The translations under genes were made by a program, and so were the position numbers. The notes under the pieces are model-generated. The model made no database searches. It saw only the letters and a list, made by a program, of their open reading frames with translations, and was not told the DNA's origin. From NCBI GenBank assembly GCA_964016885.1, contig OZ024745.1:23746001-23810000 (forward strand): 64,000 nucleotides of DNA, read 5' to 3'. Shown here one piece after another: positions 14,007 to 31,809 of this stretch; the first letter of the stretch is position 1; the number at the start of each line of letters is the position of its first letter. This DNA is from Eledone cirrhosa (Eukaryota).

Positions 14007-14420
14007 TAATAAAACGAAAAATCAGTGATGCATCTGGACTCAGTTTATTGCGTGTTACAAATGTTTCGCCGGCAGGTAGCTCGAGACATGATCACTGTAT
14101 GGATCTGCCTGATTCTACAGCTGCAGGTCCCTTCGGACACATGCAATTCTTTCGGAGCAAATTTTCTCACTGGGGTGTTATCATAAAAAAACACCCTCAA
14201 ATAACATCTTCTACTCTTTTTGAAGGTGTTTTTTGATGATAACACCCAAGTGAGAAAATTTTCTCCGAAAGAATTGCATGTGTCCGAAGGAACCTGCAGC
14301 CGTAGAATCAGCCAGATCCATACAGTGATCATGTCTCGAGCTACCTGCCGGCGAAACAATTGTAACACGCAATAAACTGAGTCCAGATGCATCACTGATT
14401 TTTCGTTTTTTTTATACTAT
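14005..14420. mobile_element. Fold-back PLE-type module, family H, ~200-bp inverted arms with long-stem-II HHR-like motifs
   Basis: Arms 14005-14198 / 14224-14420; motif gugu-CCGAAGG...GAAACAAUUGUA-acac at 14280-14368 (+), mirrored at 14052-14140 (-). Confidence 0.7.
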
Positions 14421-14502
14421 TCACACTCTGTTCGGTAAGGATATTGAGTGCTAATTTTGGCATACCGCCTATGGAAGCACCATAGCTACCATTATTCACA
14501 CG

Positions 14503-14528
<26 letters not shown>

Positions 14529-14535
<7 letters not shown>

Positions 14536-15430
14536 ATACTTGGGGAGGATCATATTTGTGTAATAATATTGCCAGAATTAATAACAGAACACACTCACTG
14601 TTTGGTTGGTTTTCGCTTCTGTGTCTTTAATATCAGTTAATTTAATTTATTCGGTACTCAATGTTACCATTGACTGACCAACGGTCAAAAATACAGATAC
14701 ATTATAGACACAAACACCTATATATAGTCTAACAAAGTTCTTTCGTTGCACATCTGCAACATCGTCAGTGGTGCTATTATGTTTCCTCCCGTTCTATTGT
14801 ATGCCTACGCCATCTTTATTTAGTCTATTTATTTATTTATTATGTCTTCTCTGCGCATGCGTTTGCGTGTGTGTATTGTGTTTGATGTGTGTTCGTGTTT
14901 GGGTGACTGTGTATTGGTTATTGTATTCTATCTTAGTTTACTAGTGTGTGTTTCTATGTGTTTGTTGTTATTGTGCTTGTGTATGTATTTATTTATTTAT
15001 TTATACTTCTCTTAGGTCAGTATTGTTTGTTTGGATGTTGTTGTTATTCCATTCATTTTTTCTGTTTAGCCTTGGCCTTCTAAGTTCTATTTCGCTGGCC
15101 TCTCTGATTTTCCTATCTGCTGGGTCATTTCTATGTTTAGATATTATTCTAATTTCTATGTTGTCTATGTTACCGTTGTGTTGTTGTCTGGCGTGTTCGT
15201 ATAGTACTGAACCGTTTTTTCGTCCTTTTAGTTCCCCCCAATGTTGGTCTATCCTTTCACCTATGCTACGAGCTGTCTCGCCTATGTATGTTGTTGTCAT
15301 GTTTCTGCAAGTACCCACTGTACATCTTATGCTATAGACTACGTTTCTAGTTTTACAGTTTATCCGAGGGTTTACTCTACATATGATACATGTCCTATTG
15401 GTACAGTGGGTTTTCTTAAAAGGGTAGGTT
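14529..15430 (-). mobile_element. 5'-truncated Penelope-like retroelement (GIY-YIG end + 3' UTR/pLTR + HHR)
   Basis: GIY-YIG ORF, then HHR CUGACGA-U-GUUGCA-gaug-UGCAAC-GAAA at 14731-14772, ending in (TA)n. Confidence 0.85.
15001..15318 (-). pseudogene. PLE GIY-YIG endonuclease fragment
   Basis: YIGETARSIGERIDQH...EH...RKIREASEI...PRLN matches the GIY-YIG YIG-T-R/H/E/N motifs. Confidence 0.9.
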
Positions 15431-15627
15431 TTGCTGATCAGGGATTTTAGGTTTTGAACATTTAAGACCTAATTATTAAACGTACGAATGTTTATGAAAA
15501 GTGGTTTCTGATCGGATGATAGAATGTCCTCTCTACCTTGCAATTATTTAAGGTAGAAAAATACCATAGGTCCTTAACTTCCGGTGAAGTTATATCGGTG
15601 TCTTTTAGACATTTAAACCAGCCAGAG

Positions 15628-15750
15628 AGATAGATATCTTTCTTTATTTGCCACAGAGGCGTACAAAAATGGGACATTTCGAGACGTGACGGCGGGGTTT
15701 TACATAAAATCTTTAACATGAATAAATAACAATAAACTATATATAATAAA
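15628..15750 (-). mobile_element. Tx1-family LINE 3'-end fragment
   Basis: Reverse complement gattttatgtaaaacccc...aaatgtccc...gcctctgtggcaaataaagaaagatatctatc matches the 3' end of 38106-43813. Confidence 0.75.
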
Positions 15751-17022
15751 ATAGTGTGTGATTGACAATCACACACTCAGGTAGTAGACAGCTAAGATCG
15801 TTCGCACTTACAAACGGTACTCGGTTTGTTTCCACAGAGTTCTCACAGCTGAGTGCACATTTACCACTATTTTAGAATACCTAGTTAGTAAATAGTTAGA
15901 ATGACACACTCAGTTAAGACCGATTACGCGCATTCACCATTACTTTAGAATACCCTAACCATTGAGTTCTCTCAGTTAGTAAATAGTTAGACGTATTACA
16001 CACTCAGTTAAGAACGATTACGCTCTTTATACATGACTCTACACACAGTACCCGGTTTCTTTAGACACGGAGTACCTACAGTTATGACTGGTCACGATCC
16101 TATCAATTGAACACTACACGAGGTTTTGATCCGTGATCATCTAACCATGGAGTGCTCGTGGTTACTGATTGGACAATATTACTTACACACCATTAATGGG
16201 ATTACACACATCCTCGGAGTTTTGCTATTCTTTTTTATTTTATTTTATTTTATTTTATTTCTGTGTTGGGTAACACACCTCCACCACTCAAACACCTATC
16301 TTAAAAGCCCAAGGGCCCATATGACGGGAAAACGCACATACTGACACCTTAACTCAAATACCCAACCATACACAGAGCCCCTTGGTGGCCTACATGGCGG
16401 TTGCTTGCACGCACATATTTGGGGACTCAGATTCTCAATGGGACAACGACACATACAGAGTTCGATATGAGCTGACTACTTGCTCTTCACATGGATGTGT
16501 ATATACCAAAACATACATTTTTTTTAGACGATACGGATGTGTATGTACCAAAACATACACTATTTACAATTCAATCGATACATGTATAGCAGAACATTGA
16601 ACTGAATTTACTTGCGTGCGTATAGGGTTGCGGTTGACCCAATTTCTCCAATTTACATCGTCAAATTGAGATTTGACCAATATAACATTTGTTGTTTTAT
16701 AAAGTAACTTTCAGTGAATACTATGTTGGTATATATATATATTTTTTCTTCGACCTCGCGTCGGTGTGTGTGAGTGTGTGTGTACTCACTCACACTAACT
16801 GTGACCGACTGTAATTCTAAAGATTTGATGTTGAGATTAGACCCGTCCAGCGTCTTTTACAGCTATTGAGAGATAGCGACTTGATAGTTTTATGACCCTA
16901 ACTGAGGACGATAGCAGTCGTCGTATTTTGGCTGCTTAATCTTCATATGGAGGACAAAACTCTAGTGAGTGAACATCGTTAAATTTTCTCCCTCATATCA
17001 AGGATTTGAAGACAATTCATTT

Positions 17023-17096
17023 TCACCTGACGAGATCAGTGATAATCCATCATGGCCGCACGATCGATCTATCGCTTATTGAAACATGTGTCGTGA
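17023..17096 (+). ncRNA. Hammerhead motif with extended stem II
   Basis: ucac-CUGACGA-[47 nt]-GAAACAUGUGUC-guga; stem I ucac/guga, GUC site. Confidence 0.6.
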
Positions 17097-17304
17097 TTAA
17101 AATGATTGGAAATTTATACCATGCCTTCGGATCTTTATTTTGATACAAATACTCCGTTTTACATCATCTAGCAGTTCCCATAAATGGAATTGGAGATATA
17201 CAAAAGCGTGGAGAACTTAATATTGCTAACAAAAGTTTATTGGACCGTATGACACACAATAATACACCTTACTATATAACCATTATATATATATACATAT
17301 ATAT

Positions 17305-17510
17305 AGTAATAATAATAAAGTTGAAGACTAAAATCCAAAGAGGGCTCAATAAGGATAAATATATATCAAATATATAAGAACCCTAGAGCAAATATTTATT
17401 AAAATAACAGATTAAAGTTTAAGAAAAGAATCGCTGCTTTCACCCTTAACCCTTTCAGTAGATCCCGTTAAGGGTGAAAGCAGCGATTCTTTGCTTAAAC
17501 TTTAATCTGT

Positions 17511-17515
<5 letters not shown>
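17305..17515. mobile_element. (TA)n-embedded repeat, family G, with fold-back end and degenerate HHR-like motif
   Basis: Copies at 19205-19350, 33400-33580, 60340-60380; CAG(U/A)AGA-U-CCC-guuaa-GGG-U-GAAA. Confidence 0.55.
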
Positions 17516-17578
<63 letters not shown>

Positions 17579-17869
17579 ACAGATTAATATATATATATAT
17601 ATATATATATATAACAACTAGAAATTGATTAACATATAAATAAACATATGAAACAATCACAGGGGATAATTTGTACAAGTGTGTAAGCACACATAGCTAG
17701 GTAGGTAACTAAATAAAGTTAACTAGAACTTCAAAAATAGATACCTTATAAGATGGTTAATCTTCCTTGTATATATTCCATTAAAGAAATATATTTCACC
17801 AATTAATCGATTGGTAAACGACACCAATAATTTGATTTAGATTAAATTCATTTTGATTTATCTTAATTT

Positions 17870-17914
<45 letters not shown>

Positions 17915-17917
<3 letters not shown>

Positions 17918-18140
17918 GTATGTATGTTCATACATTGAACAAAGGTGCTACTTAAGGTTTCGAGGTCCAAATTTGAACATACCACCAGAACTCTAGAGGC
18001 ATCAAAATAGTGACCTTTCTTCTATATAAATTCCTATTAGCGCCCGAAGAAAGATCTCTATTTTGATACCTCTTGTTTTCTGGAGGTATGGGCAAATTTG
18101 GACCTCGAAACGTTGGTTAGTGTATTTGTTCCATGAATAA
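17915..18140. mobile_element. Old diverged fold-back module with long-stem-II HHR-like motif
   Basis: 17930-18022 is a diverged inverse of 18045-18140; CCGAAGA...GAAACGUUGGUU. Confidence 0.55.
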
Positions 18141-18313
18141 ACTTAAATATATAATATAATATTCCTGCTCACTTCCCAATTGAGCACTCTTTCATTTGCA
18201 CATTTACAGATATTGCTACATATACATATGCATACACACACACACACACACACACGCACACAGACATATATATATATGTTTGTATGTATGTATGTATGTA
18301 TATATGTATCTCT

Positions 18314-18363
<50 letters not shown>

Positions 18364-18474
18364 TTGTGTGTGTGTGTTTCTTTTATTCGTCAAAGTGACA
18401 TCATTGAAAAAAAGAGTTTTATAATGTATACAAAGTATATAAAGTATATATAATTTACAAACACACACACACGG

Positions 18475-18980
<506 letters not shown>

Positions 18981-18988
<8 letters not shown>

Positions 18989-19346
18989 GTCAGGGTTTTT
19001 TACAAAATGAAAAATAACCGAGGTGTCCTACACGAGTGAAAGTATAAAGAAAAAAAGAGGAAATCGAAAATGCAACTGGAGCCTTATTTTAAAAAATATA
19101 TATATATTTATTTGGTTCCTTTACCGGTTTCGCAGTTCTTCTGCTTTTCAAAAGTAGAGTTGAGATGGAGGGTCTGTGGTTTTTCTCACATCATTTATAT
19201 ATATATTAAGGGTGAAAGCAACGATTCTTTGCTTAAATTTTAATCTGTTATTTTAATAAATATTTGCTCTACGGTTCTTATATATTTGAAATATATTTAT
19301 CCTTATCGAGCCCTCTTTGGATTTTAGTCTTCAAATTTATTATTAT

Positions 19347-19399
<53 letters not shown>

Positions 19400-19610
19400 T
19401 GTGAGAAAAACCACAGACCTTCCATCTCAACTCTACTTTTGAAAAGCAGAAGAACTGCGAAACCGGTAAAGGAACCAAATAAATATATATATTTTTTTAA
19501 AAATAAGACTCCAGTTGCATTTTCGATTTCCTCTTTTTTTCTTTATACTTTCACTCGTGAAGGACACCTCGATTATTTTTCATTTAGTAAAACAAACCTC
19601 ACTTTCTAAT
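18981..19610. mobile_element. Two family D modules in inverted orientation around a family G piece and (TA)n
   Basis: 18981-19190 and 19399-19610 are reverse complements. Confidence 0.8.
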
Positions 19611-19810
19611 ATATATATATATATATATATCAGAGCAAACATCACGGACGCTCTATCTCAAAATTATTTTTGAAAAGCATTAGAATTGCGCAACCGGTAA
19701 AACTTAAAACCAAAACTGTATACTAACCAATACTATTACTAATTCTCACTTATTCCTAATTAAATTATTTTTCACTGTGAACAATTTGACAGCATTTTCT
19801 ATTCCGTTTA

Positions 19811-19921
<111 letters not shown>

Positions 19922-20214
19922 ACCGTCTAAAATTTACGAAATATGTGAAAGTTTTTACAGAAAATTATCAACTAAAAAGTACAAATTTTAATTGCTCCAA
20001 TATTACCGGAAGTGTTCCATGTAGACAAGCAATGCCGTCTCTGTAGCTAGAACGAGGTTTGAGGTGTCAGTGACGTGGATAAGTATCGTGAAACATGTCA
20101 GAATCATACATTTGTACTAAAAGTACTAAAAGACGTCATTGAAAATTGCACTTTATTTCCCGAGCAGAAAATGACACCTATAGTATGAGTATGGAACAGG
20201 TTTCACACACACGC

Positions 20215-20337
<123 letters not shown>

Positions 20338-20338
20338 G

Positions 20339-20925
20339 AATGAAACGAAATTTCATATCTCACTCTTAGTACGGCTGTTACTTAAATATAAGTATGTATA
20401 CGTACATACATATATGTATACAGACGTTCAGTATTATGTATATATATACATAATATATATATGTACGTATGGGTTTACCGAACATTTATTATAATGCTCG
20501 GTTTGTTTGTAAACAAACAGCCCGAATTAAGCCCTACAGTGTTCGGCAACCATCGTCGCCCTTCTGTTCAACACTGACAAAGGAACGATGAACTAGTTTC
20601 AAGCTTATTAGCTATCGTCAGCATCGTATACCTTCCTGTCAGATGATTGAACGTCTGAAAGTATATACTTTCCTTGTGCATATTAACGGCTGGGCAGCCT
20701 AATTTGCATATCGAGTGAGTTAGTCGGCCGGGCGTACCGAAAACGATAAATGGAAAAGAATGAAACGAAATGTCATTTCTCAATCTTAGTACGGCTGATA
20801 CTTAAATGTAAGTATGTATACGTACATACATATATGTATACATACGTACAATAGTATGTATATATATACATACATGCGCACACATATATATGTACGTATG
20901 GGTTTACCGAACATTTATTATAATA
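20339..20925 (-). mobile_element. Retrozyme-like tandem pLTR, family C (~420-bp unit, ~1.4 copies)
   Basis: Direct repeat starts at 20339 and 20759; HHR at 20585-20627. Confidence 0.8.
20585..20627 (-). ncRNA. Type I hammerhead ribozyme
   Basis: acgaug-CUGACGA-U-AGCU-aaua-AGCU-U-GAAA-CUAG-UU-caucgu; perfect 6-bp stem I, palindromic stem III. Confidence 0.85.
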
Positions 20926-20996
20926 TATATATACATTTATTATATATATATATACAAAGTGTTAAATCGATCAAATTTTAGTTTAGAACATTTATT

Positions 20997-21043
20997 TGCT
21001 GACAATTGTTTCTTCTAGAGGGAAGTCTGGAATCATCGGAGCA
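20997..21043 (-). ncRNA. Hammerhead motif, U4C variant, family B
   Basis: ugcu-CCGAUGA-UUCCAGAC...CUAGAA-GAAACAAUUGUC-agca. Confidence 0.65.
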
Positions 21044-21255
21044 TAAGGAATGTCGAAAACGTGTAACTAGAATCCTAGTCATTTAGAACATTTAAGGTAC
21101 ATAATTGTTGTTATATATACACCATTATTATTACTACTATTAAAAGATCGGAGATCATAATCAGTTGATTCAGGTTTATTTAAAACTCCGTTATACATAT
21201 TTCACTGAGGAGTATCAGATATGATAGCCTGAGCTCTTCAGACGGCAAAGGTTTT

Positions 21256-21306
<51 letters not shown>

Positions 21307-21662
21307 GAGAGAAAGAGCGGAGATATACAAGCGGCCTAAATGAGATATCCCCGAAGGGTTTTGGGAGTAACGTTACGGGATATAATGCGTAACTTGGAGA
21401 TCAGAGAATTGCTCCAGGTAGTCCCACTATTTCTCCAAATTAGGACACACCTCCAAATTTAGAAATCACAGGTAATGTTGGCAATTTTGTCAATAAAAAC
21501 ACACGCACTCTTTGTCTTTCACAACAGCCTTATCATAAGTTGTATTCCTGAACGACAATTTTTCTTCTTCTCTGTGCCTCCTCTTCTTTCCGGTCTCATT
21601 TTATTTACTCTATATAGTCCTTTTCTCAGTAAGATAAGGTGGCGTAAACAGAAGAAAAAATA

Positions 21663-21705
21663 GTCATTGAGGAGGTCACAGAAATTGTGATGAAAGCGCT
21701 TTGAC
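21663..21705 (+). ncRNA. Hammerhead motif in an older family A copy (21630-21862)
   Basis: guca-UUGAGGA-G-GUCACA-gaaau-UGUGAU-GAAAGCGCUU-ugac. Confidence 0.7.
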
Positions 21706-21911
21706 GAACTAACCAATAACTAATAATAAAACGCAAGTGAAAGTCAAATAGAGTTTGTTTTTATTGGCAAAATTGGTAACACAAGGAGCCACAAATATAA
21801 CAATATCTGTTTCAACACACGATTTCACATCAACAATCTTGCAAAACAAACACATAAACGTATATAAATATAAATATAAATATAAATATATATAAATATA
21901 TAATATATATA

Positions 21912-21986
<75 letters not shown>

Positions 21987-22268
21987 GTTGGCTGGTGTAT
22001 ATGTAGCTTGCGTGGTCTATTAGGTATTTGCGTATATTTGTGTCTGTGTGTGTGTAGGCGGATGTGTGTGTATGTGTGTGTGTGTGTATATTGTTGTCTG
22101 TTTGTATATTGTGTGTTTTTGTTTCTTTTATATTTTGAGTATGTATTTATGTTTGTAGAGGCTTGTGCCTACATGTGTGTGTGTGTGTGTGTGCAATAGT
22201 TTAGTGTGTGTGTTCATAACTCCGTGTGTTTATGCATATACATGTATATATGTATGTATGTATGCATG

Positions 22269-22342
<74 letters not shown>

Positions 22343-22399
22343 TGTGTACATACATATACATGCATAAATATATATATATATATATATATACATATATAT

Positions 22400-22520
<121 letters not shown>

Positions 22521-22577
22521 CGTATATATATAAAAGAGAGGTCTATATGTAGACCTCTCTTTTTCTTTTCTCTCCCC

Positions 22578-22665
<88 letters not shown>

Positions 22666-22704
22666 GCATACATACATACATACATACATACATACATACA
22701 TACA

Positions 22705-22737
<33 letters not shown>

Positions 22738-22849
22738 GCATGTATACATATATGCCTGTGTGTATGTGTTTGTGAATATGTGTGTGTGTGTGTGACTGCT
22801 AGTGTAAATACATTAATTGCATCTTTGTGTGAAAGCGTCCATTAATAAT

Positions 22850-22945
22850 GTATTGTTTTTGTTGTTACTGCTATTGTTTTTGTTGTTATTGTTAACGCTA
22901 TTGTTGTTGTTGCTGCTGTTGTTGTTGTTGTTGTTATCGCTAATT

Positions 22946-22983
<38 letters not shown>

Positions 22984-23136
22984 ATCGCTATCGTCGTTGT
23001 TGTTGTTGTCGTTGTTGTTGTTGTTATCGCTATCGTCGTTGTTGCTGTTGTTGTTGTTGCCATTTATATTTCAATATATTGTTGTTTTTGTCGTCATTGT
23101 TAACGGTTTTGTTACTATGCTTGTTACTATGCTTGT

Positions 23137-23205
<69 letters not shown>

Positions 23206-23315
23206 CACCACCAACACCACCACCACCACCACCACTACTACTACTACTAAATACTACTACTACTACTACTACTACCACCACGACCACCACCACCACGACC
23301 ACCACCACCACCACC

Positions 23316-23384
<69 letters not shown>

Positions 23385-23600
23385 GTTAATGTTATTACTA
23401 ATGTTCATTGCTTTTGTTTATTGTTGTTTTTTAACACTGCCGCTGGTGTTATATATTTGTTGCTGTTGTTGTTGTTACTGTTGCTATTGTTATAGCAGCT
23501 GCTGCTGATTAATTTGTTGGTGTTTTTGTTGTCACTACTATTGTTTGTTTATTTGTTGTTGCTTGTCCTTGCCGTTGTTGTTGTAGTTGTTGTCCAATCT
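22850..23600. repeat. (GTT)n/(ACT)n/(ACC)n compound microsatellite
   Basis: Read directly. Confidence 0.9.
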
Positions 23601-23690
23601 CATTGTCTAATTATATATGAATGCGTGTATTTATTGTTAGTGAATAGGGGATATTTTCGAATACATGGGTACATACAGACATATATATAT

Positions 23691-23735
<45 letters not shown>

Positions 23736-23800
23736 GAAGTTCTATTTAAATTGTTGGGATACAACAAGCAAATATTTTTATAACTGATATAAAGCACTCA

Positions 23801-23875
<75 letters not shown>

Positions 23876-23923
23876 CATATATATATATACATATATATAT
23901 ATATGTATATATATGTGTATATA

Positions 23924-23958
<35 letters not shown>

Positions 23959-24124
23959 GTATATATATATATAAATAAAGAAAAAGGGATGAAATCGAAA
24001 ATGCAACTGAAGTCTTATTTTTTTTTAAAATATATATATTTATTTGGTTCCTTTACCGGTTTCGCAGTTCTTCTGCTTTTCAAAAGGTAAGTTGAGATGG
24101 AGGGTCTGTGGTTTTTCTCACATC

Positions 24125-24880
<756 letters not shown>

Positions 24881-24957
24881 TTATATATATATATACATAT
24901 ATATATATGTATACATGAATATATATATATACGTATATATATATATATATGTATACA

Positions 24958-25012
<55 letters not shown>

Positions 25013-25124
25013 AATTATTTATCAGATATAGAAAGCTCTGCGTCTTTGCTTCTCGCATATTCTTATAAATTTATTTCCTCGGTGCTTCGTAAGTTTGAAA
25101 ATTCGAGCTTCATACAAAACGGTT

Positions 25125-25156
<32 letters not shown>

Positions 25157-25160
<4 letters not shown>

Positions 25161-25453
25161 TTCGTATTTCTAAAGAAACACGGTTTTAGGAAGCCGTAGC
25201 TATGGAAACTCCGGGGCTAACGTCGTCTGAATCACCTCATTTACACAGACGAGAAAACTATATATTCTCGACTGTTCTCAAGTCCAGCAGTTGCAAGCGG
25301 TGGGAGGGACCATCCTGATGAAGGCCAGTCAAGCCTGAAATGCATAGACGGTTATCCCCCTTGCTTCAGCTGGACTCCACCAGAGGGCGTTAGCCCCGGT
25401 GTTTGCATAGCTACAGCTTCCTAAAACCGTGTTTCTTTAGAAATACGAAATTT
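25157..25453 (+). mobile_element. ~300-bp module with ~73-bp terminal inverted arms around an HHR
   Basis: Arms 25157-25230 / 25381-25453; HHR accauc-CUGAUGA-AGGC-cagucaa-GCCU-GAAAUGCAUA-gacggu at 25309-25352. Confidence 0.8.
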
Positions 25454-25499
25454 CTATCCATATTTGTATAAAGCTATGCTTGAAGCGAAATCTTATTTA

Positions 25500-27935
<2,436 letters not shown>

Positions 27936-28053
27936 ATGTATATATATATATATATGTTTTGAAACACCGAGCTAGTATGAAATTAGAAATAGAAGCAAGC
28001 TTTCGCCGTATTATTAGAGGGTTCTAACACCCACTATCAGGCTAAAATTTATT

Positions 28054-28183
<130 letters not shown>

Positions 28184-28716
28184 GTGTGTGTCAGCCCGCG
28201 GCATATCACAAAATTGGGTTTTCCATCTGAAGCTACCGTTCTCATAACAACAAAAGAAAATGTATGAATTACACCTTGGATTGCATAATAGAACCTTTGA
28301 AATAATTATCATGAATAAACGATTTATGTAACATCAGCATCTTTCCTAATTTTATTCTCATATATATATATATATATATATATACAAATATATTACACAA
28401 AGAGAAGTGTGTTACACAGTGAGATGTGTGTAAAGAATTATTACAAGTGAGTTTTACCGTTACTGTATAGAAAACAATATCTACAGGTTAAGCAATTAAA
28501 TAGAAAAAAACTAAGTCGGAATCAAATCTCTGAATTAGAGTTTTAAATTACCAACCTTATAACTATAAGTTTGCTGATACGAATCAAGTTCGTTTCCCCA
28601 CAGAAATGTGCAGTTTAACAGCCACAGATTCATCAGTCAGCAAATGTGGATTCTGTTTACTACACATCTAATCTCATGGATAGAGAGAAAGCTAATATAC
28701 ACGCTGACCAGGACAC

Positions 28717-28750
<34 letters not shown>

Positions 28751-28754
<4 letters not shown>

Positions 28755-29755
28755 TTACAATAATCAAAGTTCAGTTTAAGTCATTTATTTGCTTACAATT
28801 GTTTCCTCCAAACCGAGGTTTGGATTCTTCGGAGCAACTATTTACTGATCTATAACATAATTGACCTCCTTTTCAGCCCAAGAGACATATAAGACATATG
28901 CGCATATTGATCAACAGTGGGGTGACATTCATCAAATGATATAGCATGGCAATTTACATATAAAGGTTACAGGATAAAAATAAAGATAAAAATAAAAACA
29001 AAAATGAAAATAAAGATAAACATGAAGCGTTGGCAGTCTATGAAGATAAAGCAAGAGGAAAGTTTAGAGTAGTCAGTGTATGAAACAATCTCACGTGTAG
29101 CATGCACGCGTGTCTTATTTATACATGATTAGAGTGCGTCAGAATAATATTTGCAGGGTCAGGCAGTTGAAGCAGGCAATCGATCTTATTATGTGGGCTG
29201 AATTATTAAGTCATTTATTCGCATACATCTGTATGATATACAGTCCCGGATGCAGGGAAACACCAAAATATCAGAAACTTTCAACATACTATAAACCTTA
29301 TTGTATCGTAGGCAAAGCCGTACCACTGTCTTCGCTCACCACTCACATAATCCATGAGACACAATATATAGAACACGTGTCTATCGTATAATTCACGATG
29401 GTTCGGCATATAATCAAGTTATATACCGTATCCAGTCGGTTCTGAAAAGGAGGTCAAGTATGTTATAGATCAGTAAATAGTTGCTCCGATCAGTAAATAG
29501 TTGCTCCGAAGAATCCAAACCTCGGTTTGGAGGAAACAATTGTAAGCAAATAAATGACTTAAACTGAACTTTGATTATTGTAATCTCTATATAACTGCTC
29601 TGTAAAACAACTGATGTTATTACATTGAGCTATTTATCTTACTGGTAATAGGATAGTAATTAATGACTATCTTTCACTATTTAAGGTTTGTATAAATAAT
29701 ATATTACCATTAAAGGTTTTATTACATACATAACCATAAATAGTATCCTTAATAC
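28751..29755 (+). mobile_element. PLE family B copy with inverted 5' pLTR piece
   Basis: Arms 28751-28878 / 29441-29590; HHRs CCGAAGA-AUCCAAACC..GGUUUGGAG-GAAACAAUUGUA at 28789-28837 (-) and 29501-29549 (+). Confidence 0.8.
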
Positions 29756-30167
29756 TATATATATATATATATATATATATAGTTCAAGGAGACACCAAAC
29801 AGAGGTCCAAAATTCATATTGGTTTCACGCTTTATATTGTTATATTGGAAAGAGGAAAGAAAGTTCGACGTGTCAGGCTGAAACCCTTTTTCAGGAGTAC
29901 AAATAGAGACAGGCTCACAATGGAGAAACAGAAAATATGTCCAGTGAAGACATGTATATATATTATATAAATACATACAGTTATCTGAGAATGAATACAT
30001 AATTACAAATGAATGAACCCCCAATTTATGTAAACCTAAAAGTAATATTTTCTAATACATGGTAAGTTAGACATACGAGTCAATTACCTGCAATAATTGG
30101 ATTCTCCTACTGAAAGTGTAGCATCTTGAAACTTAAGTATTTTGGGAAAATGGCATTTTATATATGC

Positions 30168-30204
<37 letters not shown>

Positions 30205-30211
30205 GTGTGTG

Positions 30212-30261
<50 letters not shown>

Positions 30262-30389
30262 CATGTATATATATATATATGCTTATGTAACACTACGGCT
30301 GAAAGAAAAACCGAAGTATAGTTTAAATAATCATTTTATTAAGGCTAAATAGTGAGTACACACACATTCACATATATACATGTATATGA

Positions 30390-30458
<69 letters not shown>

Positions 30459-30565
30459 AAATATAAATTGGCTAGTGGTAATTGGTAACTAGCTAGTACT
30501 TAGTACTACCCTCCATATTTATAATTACATATAAACCATATTTTAAGTATAATTATTATTATTAT

Positions 30566-30635
<70 letters not shown>

Positions 30636-30637
<2 letters not shown>

Positions 30638-30835
30638 CGAAGGAAATGTGGTAAGGAACCAGGTGGACCATAACGCACCAAAGTACTCAATACTTGAGGT
30701 AGTAGAGTGGGTAATAGGAACCAGTAAGACCCCGACAGCTGAGCTCAAGCCGTTTCGACGGCTAATTCTGGACTAATTCCAGAATTAGCCGTCGAAACGG
30801 CTTGAGCTCAGCTGTCGGGGTCTTACTGGTTCCTA
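30636..30835. mobile_element. (TA)n-embedded family F repeat with fold-back end
   Basis: Hairpin 30713-30835; related copies at 49094-49290 (also hairpin) and 60466-60595. Confidence 0.7.
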
Positions 30836-30854
30836 TATATATATATATATATAT

Positions 30855-31335
30855 GTGTAGAGGTTATATTTAATTTGTTGGGATACAACAAGCAAAATAT
30901 TTTTATAACTGATATAAAGCACTCAACAAATTATTGGAGTAAATATACAATATATTAACAAATGGAAACTATATTTATAAAACCATATTTATTTCATTAT
31001 ACATATGTCAAGGGCCACCAAGGCAAACTATGGTGCGCTTTCATCAGATAAAATATAATATAGGTTAGTTTTCTAAATAAATATTGACATACCCTGAAAA
31101 AATGCAACCATTCTGGTTGGAATCTCCTGGATAGTTCAAATCCCCAGGAGATTCCAACCAGAATGGTTGCATTTTTTCAGGGTATGTCAATATTTATTTA
31201 TAAAACTAACCTATATTATATTTTATCTGATGAAAGCGCACCATAGTTTGCCTTGTTGGCCCTTGAAATATGTATAATGAAATAAATATGGTTTTATAAA
31301 TATAGTTTCCATTTGTTAATATATTGTATATTTAT
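30855..31335. mobile_element. Family E fold-back module (~390-bp palindrome) with HHR-like motifs
   Basis: Arms 30940-31130 / 31145-31335; CUGAUGA at 31227 ... GAAAUAUGUA; homologous to 27513-27935. Confidence 0.75.
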
Positions 31336-31487
31336 ATATTTATATTTAACTTTAAATAATATTTATTTTGTCTTAATAAAATGAGTACACACACACACAC
31401 ATATATATATATGTGTGTGTGTGTATGTATGTGCGTATGTATGTGTGTATGTGTGTTTGCGTGTGTGTATGAGCGTGTGTTTAAGAG

Positions 31488-31518
<31 letters not shown>

Positions 31519-31809
31519 ATGTGGGAGAGAAAGAAATACTAAGTAAACAGAGAGGTATATTTTATATGTAATTCGCAGTTTTGAATCTCCGTTGATTCCA
31601 GTTCATCTCTCTATCGTCCGGGGCATGAACTTCACAACATCACAGTGTTCTACTCTCATCATCTTCCCAATAAAAATGTATATAATTATTATTGATATTA
31701 GTTATTATTCCGGGTCGATATCGAATTCACTTTACTTCCCTTTCTGTGCTAATAACACCCTTGTGATCGGCTTGAGCATCACAACATCACGAAACCATAT
31801 ATATATATA

